From an uncultured Gammaproteobacteria bacterium (lineage in GTDB: Bacteria; Pseudomonadota; Gammaproteobacteria; JADZEE01): a DNA stretch of 28,034 nt. Shown here one piece after another: positions 26,526 through 28,034 of the stretch (position 1 is the stretch's first letter; the number at the start of each line of letters is the position of its first letter). Below the pieces are notes generated by a model. It did not search any database. It saw only the letters and a program-made list of their open reading frames with translations, and was not told the origin of the DNA. A program made the translations under genes and the position numbers. Where the stretch lies: contig CAZSZW010000003.1 of assembly GCA_964610595.1 (NCBI GenBank), positions 1 to 28,034 on the forward strand. Direction: 5' to 3'.

Positions 26526-27604
26526 TGGCATACGCACCCGAGGGCAGCAAGCAGGACCTCATCGCCGCGCAGCGCCAGCTCGCCACGGTCATCGACCTGA
26601 ACAAGTGCATGGGCTGCCAGACCTGCGTGGTTGCCTGCAAGAACCTGTGGACGCTGCGCGAGGGCACCGAGCACATGCGCTGGATGAACGTGACGACCTA
26701 TCCGGGTCGCGGTTATCCGCGCGACTACGAGCAAAAGGGCGGTGGCTTCCGCGACGGCGAGCCACAGCCGGGGACACTGACGACACTCGCCGAGTGCGGC
26801 GATCACTTCCAGTTCAACCACGACGAGGTGCTGAACCAGGGGCGGGGCCAGCAGGCGCGGTTCGAGCCGCGGACCGCCGCCGGCGAGCGCCCCGACTGGG
26901 GGTACAACTGGGACGAGGATCGCGGCGGCGGGCGGTGGCCGAACGGCTACCGCTTCTACCTGCCGCGCATGTGTTACCACTGCAGCAATCCGCCGTGCGT
27001 GCAGGCCTGCCCGAACAACGCGATCTACAAGCGCGAGGCCGACGGCATCGTGCTCATCGATCAGGATCGCTGCCGCGGGCACCGGCACTGCGTCGAGGCC
27101 TGTCCGTACAAGGCGATCTATTTCAACCCGGCAAGCACCACCAGCGAGAAGTGCATCCTGTGCTTCCCGCGCGTGGAGAAGAACGTCGCACCGGCGTGCA
27201 ATCGCCAGTGTCCGGGGCGCACGCGCGCCTTCGGTTACCTCGATGACGCCGACTCCCAGGTGCACAAGCTGGTGCGGAAATGGCGTGTCGCGCTGGCGCT
27301 GCACCCGGAGTACGGCACCGAGCCCAACGTCTACTACATCCCGCCCTGGTCGCCGTTCGCCTACGACGACCAGGGCCGGCTGACCGGGGAGATGCGCATC
27401 CCGGTCGAGTTGCTCGAGCAGCTCTTCGGCCCGGCCGTACACGGGGCGCTCGCGCTGCTCGCCAGCGAGCGCGCGAAGAAGATGAACGGCGAACCCTCGG
27501 TACTGATGGACATCCTCAACAGCCGGGTCTGGGAAGAGCGCTTTGCCGGCTTTACCGCCGCGCCGCTCGAAGCGCACGGCGCCGGCGGGGAGAGCGCCCC
27601 GTGA
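26525..27604 (+). CDS. ebdB: Ethylbenzene-dehydrogenase-like beta (Fe-S) subunit
   Basis: Start overlaps the alpha stop. Cys groups CMGCQTCVVAC, CYHCSNPPCVQAC, CRGHRHCVEAC (3Fe-4S type) and CILC...ACNRQC. GTEHMRW.NVTTYPG.GYPRDYE and WGYNWDED match EbdB as recalled. Confidence 0.9.
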   Translation: MAYAPEGSKQDLIAAQRQLATVIDLNKCMGCQTCVVACKNLWTLREGTEHMRWMNVTTYPGRGYPRDYEQKGGGFRDGEPQPGTLTTLAECGDHFQFNHDEVLNQGRGQQARFEPRTAAGERPDWGYNWDEDRGGGRWPNGYRFYLPRMCYHCSNPPCVQACPNNAIYKREADGIVLIDQDRCRGHRHCVEACPYKAIYFNPASTTSEKCILCFPRVEKNVAPACNRQCPGRTRAFGYLDDADSQVHKLVRKWRVALALHPEYGTEPNVYYIPPWSPFAYDDQGRLTGEMRIPVELLEQLFGPAVHGALALLASERAKKMNGEPSVLMDILNSRVWEERFAGFTAAPLEAHGAGGESAP

Positions 27605-28034
27605 AGGCGGCGAGGGTGGCAATCGCAACCGCGTCGCTCGCGGATCCCGCGGCACGCCCCTGGGCACGGGCCGCGCGCGAGACGCTGCAGATGGTGCCCA
27701 CGCCGCTCGCGCTGGTGCACGAGGTGTCGCCGTTCCTCGCGCGCAGCACCGATCACGGCCGCGTGACCGAGCTGTCGGTCGCGCTGCTGCACAACGGTGA
27801 GGTGCTGGCGCTGCGCCTGTCCTGGGACGCCCCGCGGCCGGTCGACGCGCTCGCCGATCTGGATCGCTTCGTCGACGGCGCCGCTGCGATCTTCCCGCTG
27901 GCCGAGGGTGCGAGCGCGGTGACCATGGGCTCGCCGGGCCGGCCGACCAATGCCTGGTACTGGAAGGCCGGCGCGAAGACGGCCTGGGATGTGATTGCCG
28001 AGGGATTCGGCAGCAGCCGGCGCAGCGCCGGCGC
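27601..28034 (+). CDS. ebdC: Ethylbenzene-dehydrogenase-like gamma (heme b) subunit, truncated by the window end
   Basis: Not in the ORF track. GTG overlaps the beta stop. It reads VKAARVAIAT...MVPTPLALVHEVSPFLARSTDHG...LHNGEVLALRLSW...FVDGAAAIFPLAEGASAVTMGSPGRPTNAWYWKA...IAEGFG, with the heme-ligand Met in AVTMG. Confidence 0.88.
   Translation, partial: MKAARVAIATASLADPAARPWARAARETLQMVPTPLALVHEVSPFLARSTDHGRVTELSVALLHNGEVLALRLSWDAPRPVDALADLDRFVDGAAAIFPLAEGASAVTMGSPGRPTNAWYWKAGAKTAWDVIAEGFGSSRRSAG

Noticed and set aside
23034-26537. 1167-aa antisense ORF opposite ebdA, and similar long shadow ORFs (1064..3253 +, 11874..13787 -, 9068..10498 -, 18859..20352 +, 20175..22208 +)
   Set aside because: They are in-register antisense frames of strongly biased high-GC genes, which lack stops by chance. 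The translations show no motifs.
23583-27604. Respiratory nitrate, perchlorate or selenate reductase
   Set aside because: The FS0 loop is not the NarG HGVNCTGSC type, there is no NarI-type membrane subunit, and all three subunits match EbdABC in detail as recalled.

Overview
A high-GC window, most likely from a gammaproteobacterium (inferred from the MSHA operon and the gpsA-secB-rhodanese / gpmI-envC-ctpA-yibQ synteny). It has two parts. (1) 1-15.5 kb is mostly core genome: the start of an MSHA pilus operon (split mshI, mshJKLM, partial mshN; minus strand), a bacterial voltage-gated Na+ channel with the TLESWSM filter, an 85-aa gene that looks like an ABC-F (YheS-type) gene with nearly all of its middle deleted in frame, a REP-like hairpin, gpsA, secB, a rhodanese, gpmI, envC, ctpA, a yibQ-type deacetylase, a small NrtS-like protein and a Sel1-repeat protein. 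(2) 15.6-28 kb is a divergent catabolic cluster. Leftward: enoyl-CoA hydratase, Zn-free MDR reductase, acyl-CoA ligase, a paired (alpha2beta2-type) acyl-CoA dehydrogenase and an SDR. Rightward: a serine hydrolase, then a Tat-exported type II DMSO-reductase-family molybdoenzyme whose alpha, beta and partial gamma subunits closely resemble ethylbenzene dehydrogenase (EbdABC). The best candidate for an undescribed system is this cluster: an O2-independent C-H hydroxylase with apparently altered substrate-pocket residues, next to a hydrolase and CoA-dependent oxidation genes instead of acetophenone-carboxylase genes. Two of its promoter regions share a 20-bp-period tandem motif. All family assignments come from motifs and from reference sequences as I remember them; no database search or alignment was run.
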